Shown here piece by piece: positions 1 to 9,295 of a stretch of DNA of 64,000 nucleotides. The position numbers and the translations under genes are program-made. Numbering within the stretch: the first letter of the stretch is position 1; every line of letters starts with the position of its first letter. The DNA lies in contig CAZZZI010000002.1 in the NCBI GenBank assembly GCA_964658415.1, positions 2,391-66,390 of the forward strand. The letters run 5' to 3'. The notes beneath the pieces are model-generated. The model saw only the letters and a list, made by a program, of their open reading frames with translations. It was not told where the DNA came from and ran no database searches. The DNA comes from an uncultured Sphingomonas sp. GTDB lineage: Bacteria; Pseudomonadota; Alphaproteobacteria; Rhizobiales; Rhizobiaceae.

Positions 1-253
1 GGCAATTCGCATAGGCCTCATATCCCGGCTTACCTGCGCCTCCCTCCGGGCAGGTCGGCCATGCAAATCCTGGATCTTTCATCGCCGAAATCAATTTTTC
101 CATCGGTGGGTGGCACTCCGAAACGCTGTGCCAAGACGGATCGGACGACGCTGCACAGAGGAGCACTTCGCATCCCCACTCGCTCGCTTGAGTCTCGTGA
201 GACAGAAACAAAATTATTATCGAGAGACTGAAAGCATGAAAACGGTGGGACAC
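1..253 (-). CDS. Secreted Cys-rich TrbM/KikA-like conjugation accessory protein (partial, runs off window)
   Basis: Not in ORF track. Manual translation from GTG at 253 behind a GAGGAG RBS: MSHRFHAFSLSIIILFLSHETQASEWGCEVLLCAASSDPSWHSVSECHPPMEKL...WPTCPE. Signal peptide plus CxxLLC...ECxPP pattern recalled from TrbM/KikA proteins. Confidence 0.55.
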   Translation of the reverse strand, partial: MSHRFHAFSLSIIILFLSHETQASEWGCEVLLCAASSDPSWHSVSECHPPMEKLISAMKDPGFAWPTCPEGGAGKPGYEAYANC

Positions 254-271
254 TGACTGTCTCCTCTCACT

Positions 272-955
272 TCAGCGATCGGTTCTTTGCGGAAGGCGCC
301 GAATGTCTGCAAAGGGTGGCGATATTTCACTTTCCCGTTCGGCTAGCAGATTCATGTCGGCGATTGGTCGGCGCGCTACGGTCCGGTCTACTGCCTTCCG
401 GCGCCACTCATTCATATCCAGCACATAGGTCGACCACATGCCATAGCGTGACGCCATGGCGATACGCTGCGCCTGCGCATAGGAACCGGACGACGAATCC
501 GTAATCCGTGCCCATCCGACACGGAGCATCTCAAGACCGAGATCCCGGCCATTTGCACTACAATTCGCCTCAAGCGTTCCGTCGGCACGATATGAAACAC
601 CTCTGCATTGAATAGCCCGGCCATCGACGACCCTCTTCAACCAGGCCTTTGCCAATGGGCCGCAAGGCGCGGGCCGTGGGATGTTAGTTTTCGCTCGCGA
701 CAACGGCTCGGCCATGAAGCTCCATTGAGGCAGCTCGCATACGTCGATCCCGGCGAGACCAACTCTCATCGAGACCTGGGGATACCAGAGCGTCCGACCG
801 TCAATCACAGAGGCCCTGCCTTCGATGGTCGGATAGTGGACTGGCGTCGGAGCGATCGCCTCCTGGGCAGGGACAAATGTCACTGGATCGGCTGCAATTG
901 CAGGCGCCGATACGATCATCATCGATACCAGCAGGGTCGACTGAGGCTTCCTCAC
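272..955 (-). CDS. Thermonuclease (SNase)-fold secreted protein 1, catalytic motifs degenerate
   Basis: Signal peptide; GRASVIDGRTL, LAGIDVCE, PCGPLA, MLRVGWA, YAQAQ..A...RYGMW match the SNase-family scaffold. Confidence 0.85.
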   Translation of the reverse strand: MRKPQSTLLVSMMIVSAPAIAADPVTFVPAQEAIAPTPVHYPTIEGRASVIDGRTLWYPQVSMRVGLAGIDVCELPQWSFMAEPLSRAKTNIPRPAPCGPLAKAWLKRVVDGRAIQCRGVSYRADGTLEANCSANGRDLGLEMLRVGWARITDSSSGSYAQAQRIAMASRYGMWSTYVLDMNEWRRKAVDRTVARRPIADMNLLAERESEISPPFADIRRLPQRTDR

Positions 956-1497
956 GGTGTGCTCTCCTTCTTTAGACTTGCGGCATGACTAAGCAGTACC
1001 GCCGGATGCTGAACATCGGGAAACCGCCAAAGACCGTCTTTGCGTCGTTTGGACTCTTCTTCAGCGACGGCGTAGGATGGATTAATCGGCAGGCCATTGG
1101 CACCCAGGGCTGCGAAGGCATAGCCTTTGCTGATAAGCGCCGTCGCAAGATCGATCGAGCTTGTCCCCACCGTTGAAAAGCAGATAACATAGGTCAGCGC
1201 TCCGACCTTCACGACGGGCGCGCATTGCGGATGGGTGTCCTTGATAAACGCAGCAAATACCGCCATCGATGCATCGCCACAATCAAGCGACTGTCCCGCC
1301 TGGTTCTGGAACGTGGTGCCACGGATGCAAGATTGCACTCCGTAAAGCCGAAACCGCTGGCCGCGGTCTGACCAGCTTTCGCCGCTCTCCAAGGTGACGT
1401 CGCTCGGCAAATCGAAATATCCAGGCGAGGCAGCAAGGCACGCAGAAAAAAGCGACAGGAGACTTCCGATGGTCACCGGGGCCCAGCTTCCCTTCAT
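952..1497 (-). CDS. Thermonuclease (SNase)-fold secreted protein 2, degenerate
   Basis: ATG at 1497 overlaps the upstream TGA (ATGA); RFRLYGVQSC, DCGDAS, LISKGYA, YAVAEEESKRRKDGLW. Confidence 0.8.
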   Translation of the reverse strand: MKGSWAPVTIGSLLSLFSACLAASPGYFDLPSDVTLESGESWSDRGQRFRLYGVQSCIRGTTFQNQAGQSLDCGDASMAVFAAFIKDTHPQCAPVVKVGALTYVICFSTVGTSSIDLATALISKGYAFAALGANGLPINPSYAVAEEESKRRKDGLWRFPDVQHPAVLLSHAASLKKESTP

Positions 1498-2123
1498 TGT
1501 GTGTTGACCCTTGGATCCCCCCACATGCCAAAACCTCCCCTTCCAATCTTTTCCGCGTGCGCAAGATCGGGGCGCATAAGGGTGCCATCCGCCTTTCTGG
1601 ATAGTCGGAGCGCGCCAAGCGAAACGAGCTGTTCCTCGAAATTGTCGACGACGTCCAACGCTCCCGGATAATTGTAGTAACCGAAACAGGTGGCATCCTG
1701 AACTGGGGCATCCTGCTCCGACAGGAAGGCACGACAAAAGATAACGCGTGGCGACCGCAACATGATTGCAAGCTGCTGGGTGGCAAAATCCGAGCAGGCT
1801 CCAGAGAAATTTTCCTGGCGATTGACCATGTCGCCCTGGCACGGCTCAAGCCCGTACAGATGTAGTGTGATCTTCCTGTCGACGCGAATATCCAAGGGAG
1901 ATAGCGCCTTGAACCCGGAGGCAGACGCAAAGCCACGGCGACCAACCGCCTGTCGGTTCCCATCGTAGTACTCGACGACCAGAACCATCTTGCCCGGCGC
2001 CGCTAAAGATCTGACATAGGCTTCATCGACGGCCCCTTCCGCCGATGCCGATCGCATTGACAGACCCAACCAAACCAATCCCCAATAACCGATTTTCACG
2101 ACAATGACCCATTTAGGATTCAT
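1494..2123 (-). CDS. Thermonuclease (SNase)-fold secreted protein 3, highly degenerate
   Basis: Hydrophobic N-terminus ending ASA; LHLYGLEPC, CSDFA, LVSLGA, AEKIGRGGFGMW; start uncertain. Confidence 0.65.
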   Translation of the reverse strand: MNPKWVIVVKIGYWGLVWLGLSMRSASAEGAVDEAYVRSLAAPGKMVLVVEYYDGNRQAVGRRGFASASGFKALSPLDIRVDRKITLHLYGLEPCQGDMVNRQENFSGACSDFATQQLAIMLRSPRVIFCRAFLSEQDAPVQDATCFGYYNYPGALDVVDNFEEQLVSLGALRLSRKADGTLMRPDLAHAEKIGRGGFGMWGDPRVNTQ

Positions 2124-2182
2124 GACGACCACCACTAAAAGCAATTTTTTGGGCTTTTACTTTCATCGATTTCACTGTAGGA

Positions 2183-2199
2183 ATGACTAAATCGGTCAT
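2183..2199. promoter_or_regulatory. Candidate conjugation operator ATGACTAAATCGGTCAT in the divergent virB promoter
   Basis: Imperfect palindrome; related copies at 23641-23657 and 23946-23962. Confidence 0.5.
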
Positions 2200-2276
2200 T
2201 TCTGACGATCATAATAATGGCTTTCGATAGCATTCTCAATGACCAGCGAGCAAAAAAATTACAGGAGGACCTAACT

Positions 2277-3185
2277 GTGAGAAGTGCCTCTCCCTTGATT
2301 GCTTCGCCTATGTTGACCCTGTTTGTTGTGGCCGAGATCATATCAATCCCGGCTTATGCTACTGATAAAACGAATTTTTCTGTCATGACTCAGGCGCAAA
2401 AAGACTTGCCGGATCAAACCCCATTTGAGGGATCGCGGGAAGCCATTCCGACAGGGACTAGGCGTCCCCTTGATCGAAATGGTCCAGATTTCGCGCCGAA
2501 CGTCGTACCATCAATATTTTATGCAAATTCCATATTTAGTCACTTCCAGACTGCCGACAGCCAAGACCCGAAGGTTGCGCCCGGCAACAAAGCGGACAGA
2601 CTTTCGCTCGATGAATATGACCGATTTAGTTCCCCTATACGGTCAGCCGGAAGTCAGACGCTGTGTGGAGCATCACCATTGGCGCCCGATGAGATCGGCA
2701 AGCTCGTCGGTGATAGCGCCAAGCGCTATGGCGTGGATCCCAGCTTTGCCAAGGCGATCGCCTGGACCGAGAGCCGCTTCAATCAGCAGCGCAACAGTCC
2801 AAAAGGCGCTCGCGGTCCCATGCAACTCATCCCAGAGACCGCCGCACGCTTCGATGTCGCCGATATCTGCGATCCCATTGCCAACATCGACGGCGGAATG
2901 CGCTATCTGCGGTCGCTGCTCGATCGGTTCGGTAATCCGCTCCTTGCGGCAGCGGCCTACAATGCCGGCGAAGACCGGGTCTACCAGCATCACGGTATCC
3001 CGCCCTATGCGGAAACTGTTCGCTACGTTGCCAAGGTCGTCAACTACCAACTCGGCCTCGCAGAACCAGCAAGGCCTCCGGCCGGCCGGATCGTCCGTCG
3101 GCAGCAGCCCATAGAGGCCGCTGCGCCCGATGTGATGGGTGCGACCCGTGTCACCGCTTTTGTCAATGGCGTCATGCAATTTTGA
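2277..3185 (+). CDS. virB1: Lytic transglycosylase VirB1-like
   Basis: SLT motifs TESRF, GPMQLIPETA, AAYNAG, ETVRYV; GTG at 2277 after AGGAGG; first gene of the virB operon. Confidence 0.85.
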   Translation: MRSASPLIASPMLTLFVVAEIISIPAYATDKTNFSVMTQAQKDLPDQTPFEGSREAIPTGTRRPLDRNGPDFAPNVVPSIFYANSIFSHFQTADSQDPKVAPGNKADRLSLDEYDRFSSPIRSAGSQTLCGASPLAPDEIGKLVGDSAKRYGVDPSFAKAIAWTESRFNQQRNSPKGARGPMQLIPETAARFDVADICDPIANIDGGMRYLRSLLDRFGNPLLAAAAYNAGEDRVYQHHGIPPYAETVRYVAKVVNYQLGLAEPARPPAGRIVRRQQPIEAAAPDVMGATRVTAFVNGVMQF

Positions 3186-3194
3186 ACGAAGGAG

Positions 3195-3539
3195 ATGAAC
3201 ATGAAATACAGCCCTTCTCGTGACCAGGCCAATGCCCTGAAGGTGCTTGCCATCTGTGCAGCAATCGTCGTGACGCAGGGGCTCGTGGCCGAGCCCGCAT
3301 TGGCGCAGGCGACGAACCAGGCATTCGCGCCGCTGCAGACCGTCGTGCAGGCTGTCGTGGATTTCATTACCGGACCGTTCGGACGGCTGGTCGCGATCAT
3401 CGCGGTGATCGGTCTTGGTTTCCTGGCCTTTGCCGGACGCCTCAGTTGGTTCACCGCAGGCGCCGTTGTGCTTGGCATCGGCCTTGTCTTCGGAGCACCG
3501 GCGATTGTCGATCAGTTGATCAGCGCAGTGGGAAATTGA
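3195..3539 (+). CDS. virB2: Major pilin VirB2/TrbC
   Basis: Long signal ending PALAQ, two hydrophobic segments, operon position. Confidence 0.9.
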   Translation: MNMKYSPSRDQANALKVLAICAAIVVTQGLVAEPALAQATNQAFAPLQTVVQAVVDFITGPFGRLVAIIAVIGLGFLAFAGRLSWFTAGAVVLGIGLVFGAPAIVDQLISAVGN

Positions 3540-3542
3540 TCG

Positions 3543-3839
3543 ATGCCTGTCGAAGTAGAAAAGCCAGCGCTTACACCACTGATTATCGGATTGACGCGAT
3601 CTCCAACGCTTTGGGGCGTGCCCTATATGGCAATTGTTGCGATCATTGGGCTTACCATCATCGCGTGGCTTGCCATAAATCACGCCTGGGCCTTACTGAC
3701 AGCGCCGATCGCCTATGGGCTGCTCTTCACCCTATGCTCATGGGATAGCAGGATCCTTGATGTTTTGCAGGTCTCAGCACACCGGACGCCTAAGACGCCG
3801 AACACGGCATTTTGGGGCGCCAATTCCTACGGACCGTGA
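3543..3839 (+). CDS. virB3: VirB3
   Basis: GLTRSPTLWGVPY, C-terminal FWGANSY. Confidence 0.9.
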   Translation: MPVEVEKPALTPLIIGLTRSPTLWGVPYMAIVAIIGLTIIAWLAINHAWALLTAPIAYGLLFTLCSWDSRILDVLQVSAHRTPKTPNTAFWGANSYGP

Positions 3840-3844
3840 ACGCC

Positions 3845-6259
3845 ATGTTGAAGGTCATACGCGAGGAACTCGGATTTGGCGCAGTTTGGCATCGAGAGCG
3901 CCCTATGGCGACGCATATTCCCTATGTCAGGCATGTCAGCGACACCGTAATCAAACTTGAAAACGGCGCCATTCTCTCCGTGATCAAACTGGACGGCCTG
4001 TTCTTCCAAACGGAAGATCAGGCTGAGCTGAACATGCGATCGGTCGTTCAAAACACGATGCTTCGCGCGCTTGGGTCCAGCCGATTTTCGGTTTGGTCCA
4101 CCGTCATAAGGCGCAGGGTAGATGCCGCTATCGACGGAGAGTATGAGGATCCATTCGCTGCCTTGCTGAATCGCCGTTATGGTGAGCAGCTTGGCAATAA
4201 GCGAATGTTCGTCAACGAAATCTACCTGAGCGTCCTGCGTTCGGACCTGCGGGGCGCATTGGCTGCAGGCGATCGCTTCCGAAGGTTGATCGGCAGGACC
4301 GGCGGTCGCGAGGCGGAGGCATCCGATCAGCGGGAGGCGATCGCTGAACTGGAGGAACTGGTCGGAAACACCGCGCGCGACCTCCACAAATATGGTGCAC
4401 GGCCGCTCGGCATCGTCTACCGCCGTGACGAGCCCTACTCCGAGCCCTGCGAATTCTTCAATACGCTGTTGACGTGCGGTGTGTCCCGTCGAATGCGACT
4501 GCCTCGGATGGGCATTGCGAAATTCGTTGGCACGGCTCGCCTGCACTTTTCCCGCAGGACGTTGCAAGTGCAAGGATCGACAAAACTCGATGATCGGTTC
4601 GGCGCACTACTTTCGATCAAGGAATACCCGCCGTTCACAGGTCCGGGCATGCTCGATGGCTTGTTGCAGGTCAACCATGAGTTTGTCCTGACCCAGTCCT
4701 TCACGATCACCGACAAGCCGATAGCGCAAGAACGTATCAGCCGCTTGAAGCGGCAGATTGCGGCATCGGATGAGGCCGGAAGTGACGTCGAGAACGACAT
4801 CGACTTCGCCTTGAACTGTCTGTTGAACCAGGAGGCGGTGTTTGGTCTCCATCATCTCACCCTGCTTTGCCTGTCGCGCGATCTGGATGGCGTCAACAAG
4901 TCCGTGTCGGACCTCGGCGCATGCCTCACCGACATGAACATCAACTGGCTTCGCGAGGATCTCAATCTGGAAGCCGGTTTTTGGGCGCAGCTTCCGGGAA
5001 ACCATGCTTACATTGCGCGCAAAGCCCTTCTCTCCAGCTCCAACTTCTCGGGCCTCTCCTCAATGCACAACTTTGCAGCTGGACAAAGGGAGGGTACCCA
5101 CTGGGGAACGCCCATCGCGGTTCTCGAGACCACTAGCCAGACCCCCTACTGGTTCAATTTCCATCGCGGCGACATCGGCCATTTCCTGGTGACGGGGCCA
5201 ACCGGATCCGGCAAGACCGTCGCTCTCACCTTCCTTCTGGCACAGGCATTTCGCGTCAGGCCGACACCGCGCGCGGTGTTCTTCGACAAGGACCGCGGTG
5301 CTGAGATCTTCATCCGAGCGATGAGCGGTTCCTACGAAGTGCTGACAGCTGGCACCCCGACGGGTTTCAACCCGCTTCAGCTTGATAACACGGGTCCCAA
5401 TCGGCAGTTCCTTTCCCGGCTGCTGAAAACCATGCTGCGTCGAGGCCCTGCACAGGAATTCGATCAGGACGAAGAGGATATTCTCGAACGCGCGCTGTTG
5501 CGCCTGATGCAGGAACCGGCAGCACAGCGCAATCTGTCGAACCTTGCCGGACTGTTGACCGGGCGGTCACGGTCGGATCCAACCGACCTCCATGCGCGTC
5601 TTCGGCCCTGGATCGAGGGGGAGAAAGCTTGGCTCTTCAACGCACCGCATGACGTGTTGTCTTTTGACGACCGTCGTATTTTCGGCTTCGACATGACAAG
5701 CATCCTCGACAGCGACGAGCTGCGTGCACCTGCGCTGATGTATATCTTCCATCGATTGGACGCGCTGCTCGACGGCAAGCCGGTCATGATCTTTCTGGAC
5801 GAGGGTTGGCGGTTACTTAAGGATCCGATCTTTAGCGACTTTATCGTCGACAAGATGAAGACGATCCGAAAGCTCAACGGCATCATCGGCTTTGGAACCC
5901 AATCGGCCGCCGATATCGCCCGTTCACCAGCATCCCATACGTTGATCGAGCAATCCGTCACCAACATCCATTTCCCCAATCCACGGGCGGATGAGGAAAG
6001 TTACATAGCCCGCTTCGGGCTGACCGCGAAGGAATTCAGTTTCATTCGCAATACGCCACCGGAACGGCGAACATTTCTGATCAAGCATGGAAACGACAGC
6101 GTCATCGCGAGGCTAGATCTTGAGGGCATGCCCGACCTCATCAAGGTTCTCTCAGGCCGCAAGGAGTCGATCGAGGAATGTGCGCGTTTGCGTGAGCAGC
6201 ATGGCGAAGACCCATCCGGGTGGCTGTCGAAATTCTGCGGATGGGATCCAGAGCCATGA
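3845..6259 (+). CDS. virB4: T4SS ATPase VirB4
   Basis: Walker A GPTGSGKT, FDKDRG, LDEGW, RKLNG, FWAQLPGN. Confidence 0.97.
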   Translation: MLKVIREELGFGAVWHRERPMATHIPYVRHVSDTVIKLENGAILSVIKLDGLFFQTEDQAELNMRSVVQNTMLRALGSSRFSVWSTVIRRRVDAAIDGEYEDPFAALLNRRYGEQLGNKRMFVNEIYLSVLRSDLRGALAAGDRFRRLIGRTGGREAEASDQREAIAELEELVGNTARDLHKYGARPLGIVYRRDEPYSEPCEFFNTLLTCGVSRRMRLPRMGIAKFVGTARLHFSRRTLQVQGSTKLDDRFGALLSIKEYPPFTGPGMLDGLLQVNHEFVLTQSFTITDKPIAQERISRLKRQIAASDEAGSDVENDIDFALNCLLNQEAVFGLHHLTLLCLSRDLDGVNKSVSDLGACLTDMNINWLREDLNLEAGFWAQLPGNHAYIARKALLSSSNFSGLSSMHNFAAGQREGTHWGTPIAVLETTSQTPYWFNFHRGDIGHFLVTGPTGSGKTVALTFLLAQAFRVRPTPRAVFFDKDRGAEIFIRAMSGSYEVLTAGTPTGFNPLQLDNTGPNRQFLSRLLKTMLRRGPAQEFDQDEEDILERALLRLMQEPAAQRNLSNLAGLLTGRSRSDPTDLHARLRPWIEGEKAWLFNAPHDVLSFDDRRIFGFDMTSILDSDELRAPALMYIFHRLDALLDGKPVMIFLDEGWRLLKDPIFSDFIVDKMKTIRKLNGIIGFGTQSAADIARSPASHTLIEQSVTNIHFPNPRADEESYIARFGLTAKEFSFIRNTPPERRTFLIKHGNDSVIARLDLEGMPDLIKVLSGRKESIEECARLREQHGEDPSGWLSKFCGWDPEP

Positions 6260-7338
6260 AGCGCGCGACCCTACCCGCTCTGGTCCTATCTGCACTGTGT
6301 GCGCCGGCGCTTGCCCACGCAGACGTGCCCGTACTCGACAATATCAACCGCAGGCAAGACCAGAAGCGGCGGGAGACGACAGACTCGATCGAAGAAACAG
6401 ACAAGGATCAATTTTCGATCCACACCTCGGTTACCTGCTCCATGTTTCGAAAGGGCAGAGCCAACGATCCGGTCTCCGCAGCTGAGGCCAATCCCGAGAT
6501 AGCAGGGCTCGTGCGCCGGGTGGCGCGCGAAGAAGGTGTCGACGAAAACCAATTCCTTGCCCTCGTCTATCAGGAGAGCCGCTTTAACCCTTGCGCACGG
6601 TCGGACGCTGGCGCAACCGGTCTGTCGCAGTTGATGCCAGGCACAGCAGCGCAACTCGGGGTCAATGAAAACAACATTGAAGACAATCTGCGGGGTGGCG
6701 CTCGTTATTACCGCGAGCAGCTCAAGCGCAATGGGGGGAATGTCTCCTTGGCGCTGGCCGCCTACAATGCGGGGCCCGGCAACGTCAGCAAGTTTGGTGG
6801 CGTTCCGCCGTTCAAGGAGACCCAAGGCTACGTTGCGAGCATCACGCAAAAATGGCTTCCTGCCTTCTCAGGTTCCGACAAGTCCGGCATCCCGGTGAAT
6901 TATGGCGGCGGCGACACCGCCTATGTCGGCATGCGGACGGCAACATTGAACGCGATGGGAACGACGGCCGCCACCAGCGATAGCCTCTCAGATGTTTCAA
7001 GTTGGTACCAGCAACTTGGCGCGATGCAGACCAGCACGATCCAGGATAGCTGGGATCGCAATTCAACCGCGCGCAATGCCAATCTCGAGATGATGAACGC
7101 TGTCATCGCGCTCGGGACGAGCCTCTCCGACCTGATCAATTCGAGCGATGGCGTCCTGGTGTCGAGCCTTTCCGGTTCGTCACGTTCGACGACGTCTGGG
7201 CAAGACGCCGACAGATCGCGAGACGCGATGACCTTCTGCGACATCAGTGACGGCCTTGTGTGGAATGAGAGAAACCAGGCATGCGTCAAGCCGATCCAGA
7301 CCGGCGACCACGTACAGTTGACGCTGCAAGCGCAGTGA
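6256..7338 (+). CDS. Second lytic transglycosylase embedded in a VirB5-like protein
   Basis: Signal + ADVPVLD N-terminus like VirB5; SLT motifs QESRF, GLSQLMPGTA, AAYNAGPG, ETQGYV; VirB5-like helical C-terminus. Confidence 0.8.
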   Translation: MKRATLPALVLSALCAPALAHADVPVLDNINRRQDQKRRETTDSIEETDKDQFSIHTSVTCSMFRKGRANDPVSAAEANPEIAGLVRRVAREEGVDENQFLALVYQESRFNPCARSDAGATGLSQLMPGTAAQLGVNENNIEDNLRGGARYYREQLKRNGGNVSLALAAYNAGPGNVSKFGGVPPFKETQGYVASITQKWLPAFSGSDKSGIPVNYGGGDTAYVGMRTATLNAMGTTAATSDSLSDVSSWYQQLGAMQTSTIQDSWDRNSTARNANLEMMNAVIALGTSLSDLINSSDGVLVSSLSGSSRSTTSGQDADRSRDAMTFCDISDGLVWNERNQACVKPIQTGDHVQLTLQAQ

Positions 7339-7346
7339 GGAGACAG

Positions 7347-8051
7347 ATGATGAAACGCGCGTTCTTTATATTCATCGGCATCACAATGTTGACGCGGCCG
7401 TCTTACGCCGATGTGCCCGTCATCGACAGGACCAACTATAAGATTGCCAAGCAGACTGCAGATACGACCGACCACATCCTCGAGACGAATAAGAATATCC
7501 TTTCGACGGTCGAAAATACCCTCAAGGCCGTCACCGGCGATCGCGGTCGCACCGCGCAGCCGCTGCAAAACCTCGCGATTGGAGAGGGTTTCAGCGTTTC
7601 CTCTATCCCGTCCTTCGACAGCATCCTTAAAGACGGCGTGCCCAATTTCGGGAGTTTGAGCGGCGATGTCTCCAAGACTGCCTCAACGTTCATCAATGGC
7701 CTGAAATTGGTGAAATCATTGTCAGGAAAAGAGGGCAGCGACTTTTCCGGTGACAAATCCTATGAGCAGCTCGTCAATACGGTACTCGGTGTCTCGGCAC
7801 TGATCACGGGTTCCCGGCAGGCCATTGAAACGCGGCGGACGTCTTTCGAGCGGGCAGGGCAGCAAATCGGAAAGGCTGACGATATAAAGGGATCAATCGA
7901 CCAGAACACGCAGCTTCAAGTTCAGTCTGGCCTCACTCTCAACGAAATGATCGGTGTGATGAACGGCGCGGTGACGTCTTTACAAGCCGAGAACCAACGT
8001 CGTTTGACGGATATTTCCAACAGCAAGAAGGCACTGAGCTATGGCAACTGA
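7347..8051 (+). CDS. virB5: Minor pilin VirB5
   Basis: Signal + ADVPVID; QIGKADDIKGSIDQN; position before virB6. Confidence 0.8.
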   Translation: MMKRAFFIFIGITMLTRPSYADVPVIDRTNYKIAKQTADTTDHILETNKNILSTVENTLKAVTGDRGRTAQPLQNLAIGEGFSVSSIPSFDSILKDGVPNFGSLSGDVSKTASTFINGLKLVKSLSGKEGSDFSGDKSYEQLVNTVLGVSALITGSRQAIETRRTSFERAGQQIGKADDIKGSIDQNTQLQVQSGLTLNEMIGVMNGAVTSLQAENQRRLTDISNSKKALSYGN

Positions 8052-8256
8052 TGGCGGGCGGGCCGCGTTGGCAGTCATCCTTTTGGCAGCACTGCCGTCT
8101 GCCTGCGCCGCCGTCAAGGACAAGACTGCACCCTGCAAACGGCCCGCAGAGCTGTCCTCCTACGTAAGAGACCCGCGCCGGGAATGCGGTCCGATGCATC
8201 CGATCAACGATCCGGCCCTGGCATTTGCAGCCATTGGTGTGATCGACGGAGAATAG
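8041..8256 (+). CDS. Small lipoprotein, VirB7-like or entry-exclusion-like
   Basis: Lipobox LPSA-C; APCKRP and CGPMHPIN; between virB5 and virB6. Confidence 0.6.
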   Translation: MATDGGRAALAVILLAALPSACAAVKDKTAPCKRPAELSSYVRDPRRECGPMHPINDPALAFAAIGVIDGE

Positions 8257-8258
8257 CC

Positions 8259-9263
8259 ATGCAGGATTTCCTAGGCGATCTGCTGAACAGGATAGAAAAT
8301 TCCGGGACGGCCTTTTCCCAGAAGGCCTACACGATTGTCGGCAACGAGATCATGCCCCTCCTCAAAGTCATGCTCGTCGCCTACGTCGCTTACTACGGCC
8401 TCCAGCTTCTCATGGGAACAGCCCGCATCAGCGTAGCGGAGATTGTCAGCCGCCTCGTTCGAATGATGATCATCATTGCATTGATCAGTTCCTGGGGCAG
8501 TTTCAACGATTTTATCTACACGTGGATCAACAGCATGCCCGAGGATATCGGCCGTGCCATCCTTGCGGCGTCCGGCACGGGCATCACGGAACCGACAAAT
8601 GGCATGTCCATGATTTGGGAGACGGCCAACAAGGCTGCGTCCGCTTTCGCGGAGCAATCGGGGTACTTCTCCATTTTACCAAGCATGGTCGGCACTCTCA
8701 TCATGATTGGTGCAGCGTTGTTCATCGCGGTTGCTCTAGCCATTCTCATTCTTGCCAAAGTGATGCTTTGGGTGCTGATCGGCACATCTCCCATCTTCAT
8801 TTCCTGCATGCTGTTCGATCGAACGCGCGCTTACGGGTTGGGGTGGTTCAACCAAGTCCTGACCTACGCCCTCATCCCACTTTTCGTGTATGTGATTGCA
8901 GCATTCCTTATCGCTGCCATGAATCCGGAACTCACCAAGATCGATGTCGCAAGCGGCACTCGAACCCTGACCCTAGCCGATGTGGCGGGTTTTCTCCTGC
9001 TCTGCGCGGCGGGAGCCTTTGTGATGTTATACATCCAGTCTTTGGGGCAGGGCATCGCCGGCGGAATTTCTGCTGGAGTTGGCAGCGTAGGGAGTGCGCT
9101 CACGCGTCGCGTGCTGCTTCCAGCACCCGTCGCTGGGGCGCGGCAAATCGCGGGTGTCGCGCGCTCGGTGGCCCGCTCGGCAAGACGCCATCCTGAAAGC
9201 GTCAGTGCCATCACCAAAACAGCGATGCAATCCAAGATTAGTGAGCACAGCATGCCTCGATAG
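8259..9263 (+). CDS. virB6: VirB6
   Basis: Polytopic membrane protein; PIFISCMLFDRTR...GW motif. Confidence 0.9.
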   Translation: MQDFLGDLLNRIENSGTAFSQKAYTIVGNEIMPLLKVMLVAYVAYYGLQLLMGTARISVAEIVSRLVRMMIIIALISSWGSFNDFIYTWINSMPEDIGRAILAASGTGITEPTNGMSMIWETANKAASAFAEQSGYFSILPSMVGTLIMIGAALFIAVALAILILAKVMLWVLIGTSPIFISCMLFDRTRAYGLGWFNQVLTYALIPLFVYVIAAFLIAAMNPELTKIDVASGTRTLTLADVAGFLLLCAAGAFVMLYIQSLGQGIAGGISAGVGSVGSALTRRVLLPAPVAGARQIAGVARSVARSARRHPESVSAITKTAMQSKISEHSMPR

Positions 9264-9295
9264 GGAGGTGCTGCTCGTTCGAAAGCATAGGGACG

